Source: a virus
IMG/VR virus record: IMGVR_UViG_3300029789_000007
Reading direction: 5' to 3' (one strand)
DNA length: 63,700 nucleotides
The position numbers were made by a program, and so were the translations under genes. Below are positions 27,359 through 37,328 of the stretch, in pieces; within the stretch, counting starts at the first letter, position 1, and each line of letters opens with the position of its first letter. The notes under the pieces were generated by a model, which saw only the letters and a list, made by a program, of their open reading frames with translations, did no database searches and was not told where the DNA came from.

Positions 27359-29335
27359 ATGAAGATTACACACATTTTTGCACAGAATTTTTGTAAATTC
27401 TATGGCAAAAACACATTAGACACAGATTTTTCAATGAAAACTGTGTTGTCCGGTCAGAATGAAGTCGGCAAATCGACAGTTAAGAGAATTATTCTTGATG
27501 TGCTGAATTGTCACGATGAGAACGACAGAGAGATTACAGGCATAAGACCACACGACGAAAACGGAGTCGAGATTGACGATGTTGACATTGTAAGAGCCGT
27601 TACCTTTGAGATTGACGGAAAAACAAAGACTCTGAAAAAGGTTACAAGGCAGAAGCGCAACAAAAAAGGCGAAATTACAGGTAGTGTTACTGACTATTCA
27701 ATCAATGATGTGCCTTACAAAATGGCTGACTACAATCAGTACATCAATGACAACATGGCAGAGCTTGGAGTATTACCATTCTGTTTAAATGCCATGACAT
27801 TGCTCAACAAGTCACAGGCAGAGCAGAGATTAGCACTTGCAAGCTATTTTGGCACACATACTGATGAAGAAATCTGCGATATGTTTCCACAGTTTGCCGA
27901 ACTTAAGCCGATGTTTGATGATGGGGATGTAGACCAGCTCAAAAAAGTATGCCGTGGCAAGCTGAACGGCACAGGCAGTAGGAATGGCTCAAAAGGACTT
28001 GTCAAGGAAAGAGACGAAATCTCAACAAGGATTGATACAATTCATTCCACCAATGAGTATACAGACCTTGCAGAGCTTGAACTACAGAAGAAAACCTATG
28101 AGCCGCAGCTTAAGGAAATTGAAGATAAGCTGTCCGACTACAATAAGATTTTAGAGGATAAGCAGAAAGCCACAGAAGACATTATGAGCCTTAAATTTGA
28201 GCTTTCTGATATGGAGAGAAAAGCTAATGCCGAAAATCAGAAAAAGCGCATGGAGCTACAGTTACAGATTGATGGCTTCGACGCTTCAATCCGCAAAACA
28301 GAGTCAATGATAAGAGTTGGAAAAGCTAGCATTAAAAGCTCCGAAAGAGAGATTGGAGATTGCGCAATAGACTTAGCAAAGGTACGTGCTGACTGGAAAA
28401 AAGCAAAGGCACTTTCCTTTGATGAAAGCAGTGTTAATTGTCCGATGTGTGGTCAGAGATTACCGGAAGATACAATAGAGAGTTTGAGAACTGATTTTAG
28501 TGATAAAAAATTGAAGAAGCTTAAAGAGCTTGAGGATAAGGGCAATTCATTATCAAATGACAGTAAGGAACTCAAACAGGCTATTGAGGATAAGAAGAAA
28601 GAAATAGCTGACCTCGAAGCAGAACTTAAGGAGCTGACAGAAAAGCGTGATACTGTTGCTAACAAGTTTGAACGTGATAACATCGCTGAAGAGCTTGGAA
28701 TGGTACCTACTGATATTGATATGACAGGTAACAGTGAGTATCAGGCACTTAAAGCTAAAATCGAGGAAAAAGAGAAAGCTCTTGCCGATGAAAATGATAC
28801 ATCGGAACTTATCAGAAAGTTCAAAAACGAGCGAAACGAACTGTTAAGGCAAGTTTCATCAGTTGATACAAAGATTGAGCTTGGTGTGGCGAATAACAAG
28901 CGTATAGATGATAGCATAGCTGACCTTGAAAATAAGAGAACAGACCTCAATCAGGAGATAGCCGATTGGGAGAGAAAGCTTGATTTGCTGAAAGAGTTTA
29001 CTCGCAAGAAGAATGAGCTTTTACAGGCTGACGTTAATAAGTATCTGAATTTTGCCACAGCAAAGCTGTTTAGACCGCTCTTAAATGGTGATACCGAGGA
29101 GTGCTGCGACTTTGTATACAATGGTGAAGCATATGCGAGAAATCTGAATCATGGTGCGAGGATGCTGACAGAAGTTGATATATGCCGAGCTTTTCAGAAA
29201 GTGGCAAACGTTAATTTTCCAATTATTATTGATGATACAGAGAGCGTTGACGATTGGAGAATACCACAGATTGATAACCAGCTAATCTTGTTGAAGCATA
29301 CACAGGACAAAGAGCTTGTGATTGAGGCGGTGTGA
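27359..29335 (+). CDS. SbcC/Rad50-like AAA ATPase with coiled coil
   Basis: Walker A GQNEVGKST, long coiled coil with central CPMCGQ hook-like motif, C-terminal FPIIIDDTES. Confidence 0.7.
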   Translation: MKITHIFAQNFCKFYGKNTLDTDFSMKTVLSGQNEVGKSTVKRIILDVLNCHDENDREITGIRPHDENGVEIDDVDIVRAVTFEIDGKTKTLKKVTRQKRNKKGEITGSVTDYSINDVPYKMADYNQYINDNMAELGVLPFCLNAMTLLNKSQAEQRLALASYFGTHTDEEICDMFPQFAELKPMFDDGDVDQLKKVCRGKLNGTGSRNGSKGLVKERDEISTRIDTIHSTNEYTDLAELELQKKTYEPQLKEIEDKLSDYNKILEDKQKATEDIMSLKFELSDMERKANAENQKKRMELQLQIDGFDASIRKTESMIRVGKASIKSSEREIGDCAIDLAKVRADWKKAKALSFDESSVNCPMCGQRLPEDTIESLRTDFSDKKLKKLKELEDKGNSLSNDSKELKQAIEDKKKEIADLEAELKELTEKRDTVANKFERDNIAEELGMVPTDIDMTGNSEYQALKAKIEEKEKALADENDTSELIRKFKNERNELLRQVSSVDTKIELGVANNKRIDDSIADLENKRTDLNQEIADWERKLDLLKEFTRKKNELLQADVNKYLNFATAKLFRPLLNGDTEECCDFVYNGEAYARNLNHGARMLTEVDICRAFQKVANVNFPIIIDDTESVDDWRIPQIDNQLILLKHTQDKELVIEAV

Positions 29336-29336
29336 T

Positions 29337-29855
29337 ATGAAGAATGATAGATATATTGTAGAACAAGAGTTTGAACACGCAGGATATAAATGTGTCGTTA
29401 CATTCAATGTAATGGGGCATAGGTGCGGATATGTAGGCATTCCTAAAAACCACCCTTTATATGGTAAAGAGTATTCAGACTATCTCGAAATTAAGAAAGC
29501 AGATGTCGGAGACCGAAAAATAAGCGGTATTTTTCCTTTACTTGGAGCTTGCCTTGATAAAGACGAAAGAATACGAATTGAAGCATATTTTTCATGCCAC
29601 GGCGGTAATTCAAACTATCCAATAGAAAGTGATTTATGGTGGTTTGGATTTGACTGTGCACATTGCGATGACGCAAAAGAACTTGAACTCGCTTATGAGA
29701 GATTTCCTAATTACAGAGAGCGCCTTGCTATGCAGATTGAGTGTGAAGATAGATTTCGCATTGATGGCACGATAGTTCGCACAGAAGAATATGTAGCAGA
29801 AGAGTGTAAGGAGTTAGCAGAACAGTTAAAAGAGTTTGAAGAAAGCGAGGAATAG
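29337..29855 (+). CDS. Hypothetical His/Asp/Cys-rich protein
   Basis: GHRCGYVG, CHGG and WWFGFDCAHCDD motifs; translationally coupled to the ATPase. Confidence 0.45.
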   Translation: MKNDRYIVEQEFEHAGYKCVVTFNVMGHRCGYVGIPKNHPLYGKEYSDYLEIKKADVGDRKISGIFPLLGACLDKDERIRIEAYFSCHGGNSNYPIESDLWWFGFDCAHCDDAKELELAYERFPNYRERLAMQIECEDRFRIDGTIVRTEEYVAEECKELAEQLKEFEESEE

Positions 29856-29857
29856 AA

Positions 29858-30067
29858 ATGATTAAGGCAGAAGACGGAGAAGTTACATTTAGAGGCATAA
29901 AAAGTCATGTTATGGCAGAGGCGGTTACTGTTTTACGTGCGCTTAAAGAGACTGTTTCAGAGGAAGAGTACAAAACTGTGATTAGACTTGCTGATAAAAG
30001 AGAGAAGCAGTTGAGTGACGAAACTGAGAGAATGAGAGAAGTAATTAAAAAGTTACTTGGATTATAG
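29858..30067 (+). CDS. Hypothetical small protein
   Basis: ORF track. Confidence 0.4.
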   Translation: MIKAEDGEVTFRGIKSHVMAEAVTVLRALKETVSEEEYKTVIRLADKREKQLSDETERMREVIKKLLGL

Positions 30068-30078
30068 GAGGTATAGAA

Positions 30079-30234
30079 ATGAGTATTAAGAAGAGAAGTT
30101 ATTATATGGGTGGCAGAAAACATACTGTAGAGCTTAAGTATGACGGATATATGTATACAGTCATATCTGACGGAGTTTTATTTAAGCAAACAGCTAATGA
30201 ACTGTTTGCGGTTCAGGTTTTCAATGAGATTTAG
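30079..30234 (+). CDS. Hypothetical 51-aa protein
   Basis: Own translation MSIKKRSYYMGGRKHTVELKYDGYMYTVISDGVLFKQTANELFAVQVFNEI; AGGAGG RBS. Confidence 0.35.
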   Translation: MSIKKRSYYMGGRKHTVELKYDGYMYTVISDGVLFKQTANELFAVQVFNEI

Positions 30235-30245
30235 GAGGATTAATT

Positions 30246-30989
30246 ATGGCAGAGAATACACAGATAGTTGAGTATGAATCAAATGGGGAAATGGTAAAAA
30301 TTTCTCCAACAATGATAAAAAGATACCTTGTAAGTGGCGGTGGCAATGTATCTGACGGAGAAGTAATGATGTTTATGTCATTATGCAGATACCAGCACTT
30401 AAATCCGTTTTTGAGAGAAGCATACCTTATTAAGTATGGAAGCAACGACCCAGCCACAATAGTTACTGGAAAAGACGTTTTTACAAAGAGAGCCAATGCG
30501 GACCCACGATATAAGGGAAAGAAAGCTGGAATTATTGTAATTAAAAAGGACGGAGCTGTTGAAGAGCGAGAGGGAACAATGGTTTTACCTAACGAAACTA
30601 TCGTAGGTGGCTGGGCGAAAATCTTTATAGACGGAAAAGAGGACGAGTATCAGTCGGTAGGTTTTGATGAGTATGCAGGAAGAAAAAAAGATGGTTCGCT
30701 TAATAGCCAATGGGCGAAAAAGCCAGCCACAATGATTAGAAAAGTAGCTGTTGTACAGGCTTTAAGAGAAGCGTTTCCAGATAGATTTCAAGGTTTATAT
30801 GCACAAGAGGAATTTCAAAATGTATCAGATGTAAAACTTGATACAGAAAAGGTTGTTGCTGATGAAATCAAAGAAAACGCAAATAGTGTAGATTTTGATG
30901 AGGACAACATAATTGATGTAGAGCCGACCGACACAGCCGACAAGCAGTCAGAGGAGCTGCCGCCATTCATGCAGAGCGAGGAGAGCTGA
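30246..30989 (+). CDS. recT: RecT-family single-strand annealing recombinase
   Basis: MMFMSLCRYQHLNPFLREAYLIKYG...IVTGKDVFTKRA...PATMIRKVAVVQALREAFPD. Confidence 0.85.
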   Translation: MAENTQIVEYESNGEMVKISPTMIKRYLVSGGGNVSDGEVMMFMSLCRYQHLNPFLREAYLIKYGSNDPATIVTGKDVFTKRANADPRYKGKKAGIIVIKKDGAVEEREGTMVLPNETIVGGWAKIFIDGKEDEYQSVGFDEYAGRKKDGSLNSQWAKKPATMIRKVAVVQALREAFPDRFQGLYAQEEFQNVSDVKLDTEKVVADEIKENANSVDFDEDNIIDVEPTDTADKQSEELPPFMQSEES

Positions 30990-30990
30990 T

Positions 30991-31284
30991 ATGAGAGTAA
31001 TTTCACAGACAGGAAAAACAGATGTTCCTTATGAAAACTTTGTTTTTTCAATATTAAATAGTAGTGGTGGGAATTATGGAATTGTTGCAGTTAAAAATGT
31101 CGCAGAGCCACCGGAAGTGTTTATGAACAGCCTTATTGCGACTTATTCCGCCGAAGCAAAGGCAATTAAGGCTATGGAAATGCTTAGAGAAGCATGGATA
31201 AATGAAGCCATAGAATTTACGCATGGAATTTACCATAGAAATATTGTTTTTAAGTTCCCACAGGATGATGAAATCGAGGTGTGA
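30991..31284 (+). CDS. Hypothetical protein
   Basis: ORF track. Confidence 0.4.
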   Translation: MRVISQTGKTDVPYENFVFSILNSSGGNYGIVAVKNVAEPPEVFMNSLIATYSAEAKAIKAMEMLREAWINEAIEFTHGIYHRNIVFKFPQDDEIEV

Positions 31285-31286
31285 GT

Positions 31287-31634
31287 ATGAGAATTATTAA
31301 AGGTAAAGAGAAAGAATACAAGGATTGGTACGACAAGAATAGTGACGGATACAGCAGAGCTTGCTTCACTTATGCTGAAAGGTGGGCTGAGCTGTTAGAA
31401 GCAGAAATTGACAAGAGCAATGATGTTATGAAGTGTTTTGCTGATAATGCAGACAGATTGAGCCGTGAAGCAGACACAGAGGGCATTACAGGATTTATGT
31501 ACGGATGTGCAGTTAGCATTCTTTCACAGTGCTGGGAATACGGAGAGTATTTGAGAAAATGGCACAATAAAGAGTATGACTATGACGGAGACGGAGTTGT
31601 AAATCCGGCAGTTATAACAGTAGGTGCGAAATGA
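31287..31634 (+). CDS. Hypothetical protein
   Basis: ORF track; ATG 31287 with GAGG 6 nt upstream. Confidence 0.4.
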   Translation: MRIIKGKEKEYKDWYDKNSDGYSRACFTYAERWAELLEAEIDKSNDVMKCFADNADRLSREADTEGITGFMYGCAVSILSQCWEYGEYLRKWHNKEYDYDGDGVVNPAVITVGAK

Positions 31635-32362
31635 TGAAGCTTAAATGTATAGCAACAGGAAGTACAGGCAATACATATGCTCTAATTAGTGACACAGGAG
31701 AAATCCTATTACTTGATTTGGGCATGTCGGAAAAGACTATTAAAAAGGGCATTGATTGGAAAATATCAAATGTTGTTGGAGCTGTAATTTCGCACGGGCA
31801 CAAAGACCATTCTCTATCAGTTGAGGATTTTAAGTCAATGGGAATACCAATTTATGCACCATATTTGAAGATTGATTATATGTCAATGAATATGGGCGAG
31901 TTTACAGTAAAGCCTTTTGATTTAACGACAATAGACGGAAATTGGACACATACAGATGCAAATGGCGAACCTTGCCCGATATATGGCTTTCTGATAACTC
32001 ACAAGGAAATGGGAAGAATGCTTTACATAACTGATTGTGAACTAATCAAATGGAGATTTAAAGACATAAACCACATTCTCTTAGGTGTGAATTATGACAA
32101 GGATTTAATTGACAGGGACAACACAGGCAAAGCTAATCACGTTTTTAGAGGTCACTTAAGTATTGACACAGCTTGTGATTTTGTCAAGGCAAATTATTCA
32201 GATAGTTTGCAGAATGTCATAATGTGCCATCTATCAAGTGAAAATTCTGATAGTGGTAGTTTTATCGAGAAAATGAAAAAAGTCGCTTGTGGGGCAAATG
32301 TGGATGTTGCAGAGCGTAACAAGGAATGGGTTTTAAGGAAAGGAGATGAACCACCATTTTAA
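31631..32362 (+). CDS. Metallo-beta-lactamase-fold hydrolase (candidate recombination exonuclease)
   Basis: ISHGHKDH (HxHxDH) motif; sits in the RecT module. Confidence 0.65.
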   Translation: MMKLKCIATGSTGNTYALISDTGEILLLDLGMSEKTIKKGIDWKISNVVGAVISHGHKDHSLSVEDFKSMGIPIYAPYLKIDYMSMNMGEFTVKPFDLTTIDGNWTHTDANGEPCPIYGFLITHKEMGRMLYITDCELIKWRFKDINHILLGVNYDKDLIDRDNTGKANHVFRGHLSIDTACDFVKANYSDSLQNVIMCHLSSENSDSGSFIEKMKKVACGANVDVAERNKEWVLRKGDEPPF

Positions 32363-32388
32363 GCGATTGGAATGACATAAAAGAGCTG

Positions 32389-32739
32389 ATGGATTGTTTT
32401 CCCAACAGCGTTATTAACCATAACGGAGAGCTTATAGCACATATCAAAAGTAACACATATCTTATTTTAAGAGATTGCAATAGCAAGGAAGATATTAAAT
32501 GTAAGGTTTTAGAGTGGTTTTCAAGACCTGCTTACAAAACAGAGCCGTACAGCACAAAGCGAAATAATGATGAGTTTCACAGTTTCATCCTTGCAGGAGT
32601 AAATGATTACCTCGACACGGATTTTTCGGAAAAAGACATGGAGAAAATTTATACATATTTAGGTAATGCTTGCGACCACGAAAAGACGCTGAAATTTATT
32701 GAAAGTGGCTATGATATGAGCGTTTTGAAAGACGATTAA
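32389..32739 (+). CDS. Hypothetical protein
   Basis: ORF track. Confidence 0.4.
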   Translation: MDCFPNSVINHNGELIAHIKSNTYLILRDCNSKEDIKCKVLEWFSRPAYKTEPYSTKRNNDEFHSFILAGVNDYLDTDFSEKDMEKIYTYLGNACDHEKTLKFIESGYDMSVLKDD

Positions 32740-32752
32740 GGAAAGGAGATGA

Positions 32753-32989
32753 ATGTCCGTTTTGAGAATAGAAAGGACAAGATATGTCGTTATGAGACGA
32801 AATCGTACTGAAATATGGTGCGGTTTATCAAGAGAATTTCATTTTGTCAAAGTTGATGAATTGAAAGAGACGGCAATTAAAACATACAGAACAGCAAAAC
32901 AGGCTGAAAGCGGTTGCTCTTCTTGGGATAGAGATTTTGAAGTTGTTGAATGCAAGGAAATTATTGAAATAGAAAGTGAGGAAAAATAA
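32753..32989 (+). CDS. Hypothetical protein
   Basis: ORF track. Confidence 0.4.
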   Translation: MSVLRIERTRYVVMRRNRTEIWCGLSREFHFVKVDELKETAIKTYRTAKQAESGCSSWDRDFEVVECKEIIEIESEEK

Positions 32990-33399
32990 TGAATATTGTA
33001 ACATTAATCGGCAGATTAACTAGAGACCCGGACATTAGATACGCACAGGGTGAAAATGCAATGGCAATAGCAAGATTTACACTTGCCGTTGACAAGAATT
33101 TTAAGAAGAAGGACGATAAGGCAAATTTCATTAACTGCGTGGCTTTTGGCAAGATTGCTGAAACAGTAGAAAAGCACGTATTTAAAGGCTCAAAGATTGC
33201 AGTTATCGGTGAGTGGACTACAGGCAGTTACAAGAATAGAGACGGAAACACAGTCTACACTAACGATTGCAACATATCTAAGTTGGAATTTTGCGACAGT
33301 AAAAATTCAAGTGGCAGCAGTGCAGAACCACAGCCAAAGCCTGATGATGGCTTTATGTCAATCCCTGATGGTATTGACGAGGAATTACCATTTAACTAA
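32989..33399 (+). CDS. ssb: Single-stranded DNA-binding protein, copy 1
   Basis: MNIVTLIGRLTRDPDIRY OB-fold N-terminus and acidic tail DDGFMSIPDGIDEELPF. Confidence 0.9.
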   Translation: MNIVTLIGRLTRDPDIRYAQGENAMAIARFTLAVDKNFKKKDDKANFINCVAFGKIAETVEKHVFKGSKIAVIGEWTTGSYKNRDGNTVYTNDCNISKLEFCDSKNSSGSSAEPQPKPDDGFMSIPDGIDEELPFN

Positions 33400-33453
33400 G
33401 AGTTGGTTGATTATAGGGCAGTCAAATAACGGCTGTCCTAGAAAGGAAAAATA

Positions 33454-33819
33454 ATGGATTATACAAATAAAATATTTGCAAATATTGCAAAGGATATGTC
33501 GGAGCAAAAAGATATTGCAGTTGTAAGAGCGTTTGTATTTCAGATTACAGAACTGCTACAGAAAAACGGCATTATACCAATATGTACTGAAAGATACATG
33601 AATATGAATTCTGATAAATCAAGTTACAGTATTATCAGAAAAATCAATATCTCATTTGATGAGCTTGATTGTACCGAGCATGACCGAGAAGTTAGAAAAC
33701 AGGCATACAGTGATTTTATCAAGGAATTTGAGGACAGAGTTAATTCAAAAGATATATCTGAAAAACTCTTTGAAACTGAATGTATATTATTGGAGCGTGA
33801 TAAGAATGGGATTGATTGA
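33454..33819 (+). CDS. Hypothetical protein
   Basis: ORF track. Confidence 0.4.
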   Translation: MDYTNKIFANIAKDMSEQKDIAVVRAFVFQITELLQKNGIIPICTERYMNMNSDKSSYSIIRKINISFDELDCTEHDREVRKQAYSDFIKEFEDRVNSKDISEKLFETECILLERDKNGID

Positions 33820-34093
33820 CGTGGATGCACTAAAGAAAGATTTGGAATCAGTTACTTTAAGCAATGGAACTTTAGTAAATACAAATGCAGTATTGCTATT
33901 ACTGGATAAATATCCGACCGCCTATGATGTAGACAAGGTTGTGGAGCAGTTGGAAAAGAAGATACAGACGCATGAGTGTTGTATAGAATATGAAAAGAAA
34001 AATGGAACGATAACAGAAGAATTTCAGCAAAGAAAAGCGGTTGAAGTGTTGAAAGAAGCTGTGGAAATAGTAAAGGCAGGTGGTAATGCTTGA
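33806..34093 (+). CDS. Hypothetical protein
   Basis: Internal ATG chosen because the upstream part overlaps 33454..33819. Confidence 0.35.
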   Translation: MGLIDVDALKKDLESVTLSNGTLVNTNAVLLLLDKYPTAYDVDKVVEQLEKKIQTHECCIEYEKKNGTITEEFQQRKAVEVLKEAVEIVKAGGNA

Positions 34094-34698
34094 GTTATCA
34101 GAACATAGCAAGAGCCAAGGCAATAGAACAGGAGAATAAAAAGCGGCTATTGAAGCTGAATCCAAAACTAAATGATAAAAGTGGAATATACTTCTTACTC
34201 CGAGAAGATGAAAACGGATTTAAGTACGCTTATATCGGACAGGCGGTACATACACTTAGCAGATTGGCAAGCCACCTTGTGGGATATGAACAGCACATAG
34301 ACCTTAGTTTGAAACGCCATAAGCTGTACGATAAAGAGAAAAACCCTTATGGTTGGCGAGCTGAGTTTCTGAATTTTCCCGAAAGCCAGCTTGACGAGAA
34401 AGAGAAGTATTACATCAAGCTATATGCCGATAAGGGTTATCAACTTAGAAATGTCAGTTTAGGCGGTCAAGGGGAAAATCGTGCTAGTGGTTCAATAGGC
34501 GAGAGAAAAGCGCCTAAGGGCTATCTGCAGGGCGTACAGCAAGGTAGAAAGAACCTCGCAAGGGAATTATCGCATATCATCGAAAAACACCTTGTTGTGA
34601 CGATTAGAGAGGATAAACAGGGCAATAAGGTGTCACAGAAGCAACTAGATAAATTTATGGAGCTTATTAATGCAGATTCATATAAGGACGTTGAGTAA
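34090..34698 (+). CDS. GIY-YIG nuclease-domain protein, copy 1 (TTG start)
   Basis: SGIYFLL...YAYIGQA...KYYIKLYADKGYQLRN; near-identical paralogue at 40287. Confidence 0.7.
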   Translation: MSYQNIARAKAIEQENKKRLLKLNPKLNDKSGIYFLLREDENGFKYAYIGQAVHTLSRLASHLVGYEQHIDLSLKRHKLYDKEKNPYGWRAEFLNFPESQLDEKEKYYIKLYADKGYQLRNVSLGGQGENRASGSIGERKAPKGYLQGVQQGRKNLARELSHIIEKHLVVTIREDKQGNKVSQKQLDKFMELINADSYKDVE

Positions 34699-34938
34699 AT
34701 GAAAAGAAAGGCGGCAATTATGGATAAATCACAACACTTAGAAGAAATAAAATCAACTGCTGAGAATTGTTATAACATTGGATATAAGCGTGGATATCAG
34801 AGATAGCTTTTATTGTCGGTGGCATTAATGGAATGAACAAGGTGCAGAACACGTTGAGAAAAAGGTATAACAATATAAACAACGAGGGAAAAGATTAAAA
34901 TACATCAACCGAAACTTGAAGAAAATAGGAGATTAAAA

Positions 34939-35724
34939 ATGGCAGAACGTAGAATGTTCACTAAAAAAGTCACTGATGATGATAATTTCATGGCTTTATC
35001 ATCAAGTGCGCAAGCCTTATATTTGCATTTATCTATGTCTGCTGATGATGACGGATTTTGCAATCAGGTATCAGTTTCCATGTTCAAAGCTCACGCAAGT
35101 GTAGCTGATTTACAACAGCTATTGGAAAAAAGATACATTTATCAGTTTGATAATGGTGTGATTGTAATTAAGCATTGGCGCATGGCAAACGCTTTGAGAA
35201 AAGACCGGTATACACCGACGAATTTTAAGGAAGAATTAGCAAAATTAAAGATAAAATCCAATGGCGCATACACATTTTCTGATGATGGTTGCCGTGCGGT
35301 TGCCAATGGGTTGCCGGATGGTTGCCAAGTGGTTGCCACTTGTCTGCCACAGGATAGTATAGGTAAGGTAAGTATAGATAAGAATAGTATAGTTAAGGAT
35401 AGTAAAGATAAGGATATAAAAGAAAAAGATATTGATAAATCAATATCTAAAAAGAAAACGGTCTACTACCCCGATGACGCAATGTTGGAGAGTGCTTTTC
35501 AAGAATATCTGACAATGCGGAAAAAGATTAAAAAGCCAATATGCACCGACATGGCATTGCACCGAGCTATGAACACTATCGAGAGACTTTCAAAGGGCGA
35601 TAATGATTTGGCAGTTAAAATTCTTAATCAGTCAGTAGACCATTGTTGGCAAGGACTGTTTGCACTAAAGGACAATGAGCCACGTTCAGCTAACAAGGGT
35701 GCTATTGATTGGGATAATGTGTGA
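34939..35724 (+). CDS. Phage replisome organizer / replication initiator (DnaD-like N-terminus)
   Basis: MAERRMFTKKVTDDDNFMALSSSAQALYLHLSMSADDDGFCN matches the replisome-organizer N-terminal domain; contains iterons. Confidence 0.7.
   Translation: MAERRMFTKKVTDDDNFMALSSSAQALYLHLSMSADDDGFCNQVSVSMFKAHASVADLQQLLEKRYIYQFDNGVIVIKHWRMANALRKDRYTPTNFKEELAKLKIKSNGAYTFSDDGCRAVANGLPDGCQVVATCLPQDSIGKVSIDKNSIVKDSKDKDIKEKDIDKSISKKKTVYYPDDAMLESAFQEYLTMRKKIKKPICTDMALHRAMNTIERLSKGDNDLAVKILNQSVDHCWQGLFALKDNEPRSANKGAIDWDNV
35287..35337 (+). repeat. Five GGTTGCC iterons at exact 11-bp spacing (candidate origin)
   Basis: Copies start at 35287, 35298, 35309, 35320 and 35331, inside the organizer gene. Confidence 0.7.
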
Positions 35725-35733
35725 GGTAGAGAA

Positions 35734-36384
35734 ATGACAAGAGACGAGACAGTTAAGATTATCCGCATAATGTGTGATTGCTACCCCAATTACAAGCCGA
35801 GCAATTTATCAGAGACAGTAGATGTGTGGAATATGATGTTGGAAGAATACAGCTACCAACAAATTTCTATGGCATTGAAAGCTTACGTGCATTCCGATAC
35901 AAGCGGATTTGCACCGAGCATCGGACAGTTAATTAACAAACTGCATGAGGTTCAATCCCCACAGGAACTTAACGAAATGGAAGCATGGATGCTTGTTAGC
36001 AGGGCGCTACGAAATGGCTATTATGGTGCAGTTGAAGAATTTAATAAGTTACCGCCACTCGTACAAAAGGCTGTCGGAAGTCCTGATAATCTTAGGAACT
36101 GGGCGCTGACAGACAGTAAGAGCATTGAAAACGTAGTGCAGTCAAACTTTATGAGAACTTATAGGGTAGTTGTTAATCGAGCAAAGGAATATCAAAAAAT
36201 GCCAAAGGATATACAGGCATTGATTGAAAGTACCAATAAAAGCTCGTATTCGGCTCAAATCGGCTCTAAAAATCAACAGACGATAAAATTATCGCTCGAA
36301 GATAATAAAAGCCAAAATAAGCCGATTAAAGGTGTTCCAATGCCAAAAGAAATTAAGGAACGTATCGAGCAGATGAAAAGATAG
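35734..36384 (+). CDS. G39P-like helicase loader
   Basis: TVKIIRIMCDCYPNYKPSNLSETVDVWNMMLEEYSYQQISMALKAYV resembles the SPP1 G39P loader family; follows the organizer. Confidence 0.6.
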   Translation: MTRDETVKIIRIMCDCYPNYKPSNLSETVDVWNMMLEEYSYQQISMALKAYVHSDTSGFAPSIGQLINKLHEVQSPQELNEMEAWMLVSRALRNGYYGAVEEFNKLPPLVQKAVGSPDNLRNWALTDSKSIENVVQSNFMRTYRVVVNRAKEYQKMPKDIQALIESTNKSSYSAQIGSKNQQTIKLSLEDNKSQNKPIKGVPMPKEIKERIEQMKR

Positions 36385-36438
36385 GAGGTAAAGAGGTTTT
36401 GGTCGACCAATTAAAACATGTTTTACTCCTAGCGAAAA

Positions 36439-37050
36439 ATGATAAAAGACAAGTATTCAAGACAGAGATATGAAGAACGAAAAGCCAGTAACCTTTGCGT
36501 GCTTTGCGGAAAACCACTTGATAGAGAAGGCGTGGTTTGTACGGCATGTAACAGCAAACGCACAGCATACGGCCGAGAACTTTATAAAAAATTACAGGCA
36601 GTCGGTGTTTGCCCTAGGTGTGGTAAAAACTTGCTATATGGTGACGAAAAAAGCTGTGTTGAGTGTAGGGCAAAATCAGCCGAAGCCATGTCAAAGAAAC
36701 GTGCTACTGATGTTGAAAAATACAATGAGCGACAAAAAGCATGGCGAAAAGCACGATACGAAAAAGACAAAGAGAACGGCATATGCACACGCTGTCGCAA
36801 AAGGAAAGCAGACCCGGGACATACCACTTGCACATTTTGCCGGGAAACAATGAGAAGAGCACACGTTAAAATGCCCGAAAGAACTGGCAGATATGAACAA
36901 GGACTATGTTTTTTCTGCGATAATCCGGTAAAACCCGGATATAAAGTTTGTGAAATGCACTATCAGAAGAACGTTAAGAATGCAACTTGTGAAAAGGCAA
37001 ACTTGGCGCGGCAGAAGATAAAAGAGAGGAATCCGCAATGGACACCTTGA
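36439..37050 (+). CDS. Repeated zinc-ribbon (CxxC...CxxC x4) basic protein
   Basis: CVLCGK..CTACNS, CPRCGK..CVECRA, CTRCRK..CTFCRE, CFFCDN..CEMH. Confidence 0.45.
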   Translation: MIKDKYSRQRYEERKASNLCVLCGKPLDREGVVCTACNSKRTAYGRELYKKLQAVGVCPRCGKNLLYGDEKSCVECRAKSAEAMSKKRATDVEKYNERQKAWRKARYEKDKENGICTRCRKRKADPGHTTCTFCRETMRRAHVKMPERTGRYEQGLCFFCDNPVKPGYKVCEMHYQKNVKNATCEKANLARQKIKERNPQWTP

Positions 37051-37328
37051 AAGATTTTTACTATTTTTACCGACCACTGCAAAGGAAATATGACTTGCAA
37101 ATGATTTACAAAACAAATAGCAAGGAAGCAAAAATAACTATCCGGTGGCGCGGTAAAGAACTTGTAAAAGTCACAGAAGAAACTACCGAAGCCTGTTTTA
37201 TCAGGGCAAAACGAGAACTTGAAGAAAGAATGAAAAAATATGAGCAACAAACTAAAACTAAGGAAAAAGCACAAAGAGCCGGATTTTACATGGACAAAAT
37301 CCGAAAAAGCTACGCTGAAAAGCAGTAA
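37038..37328 (+). CDS. Hypothetical protein
   Basis: ORF track. Confidence 0.35.
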   Translation: MDTLKDFYYFYRPLQRKYDLQMIYKTNSKEAKITIRWRGKELVKVTEETTEACFIRAKRELEERMKKYEQQTKTKEKAQRAGFYMDKIRKSYAEKQ

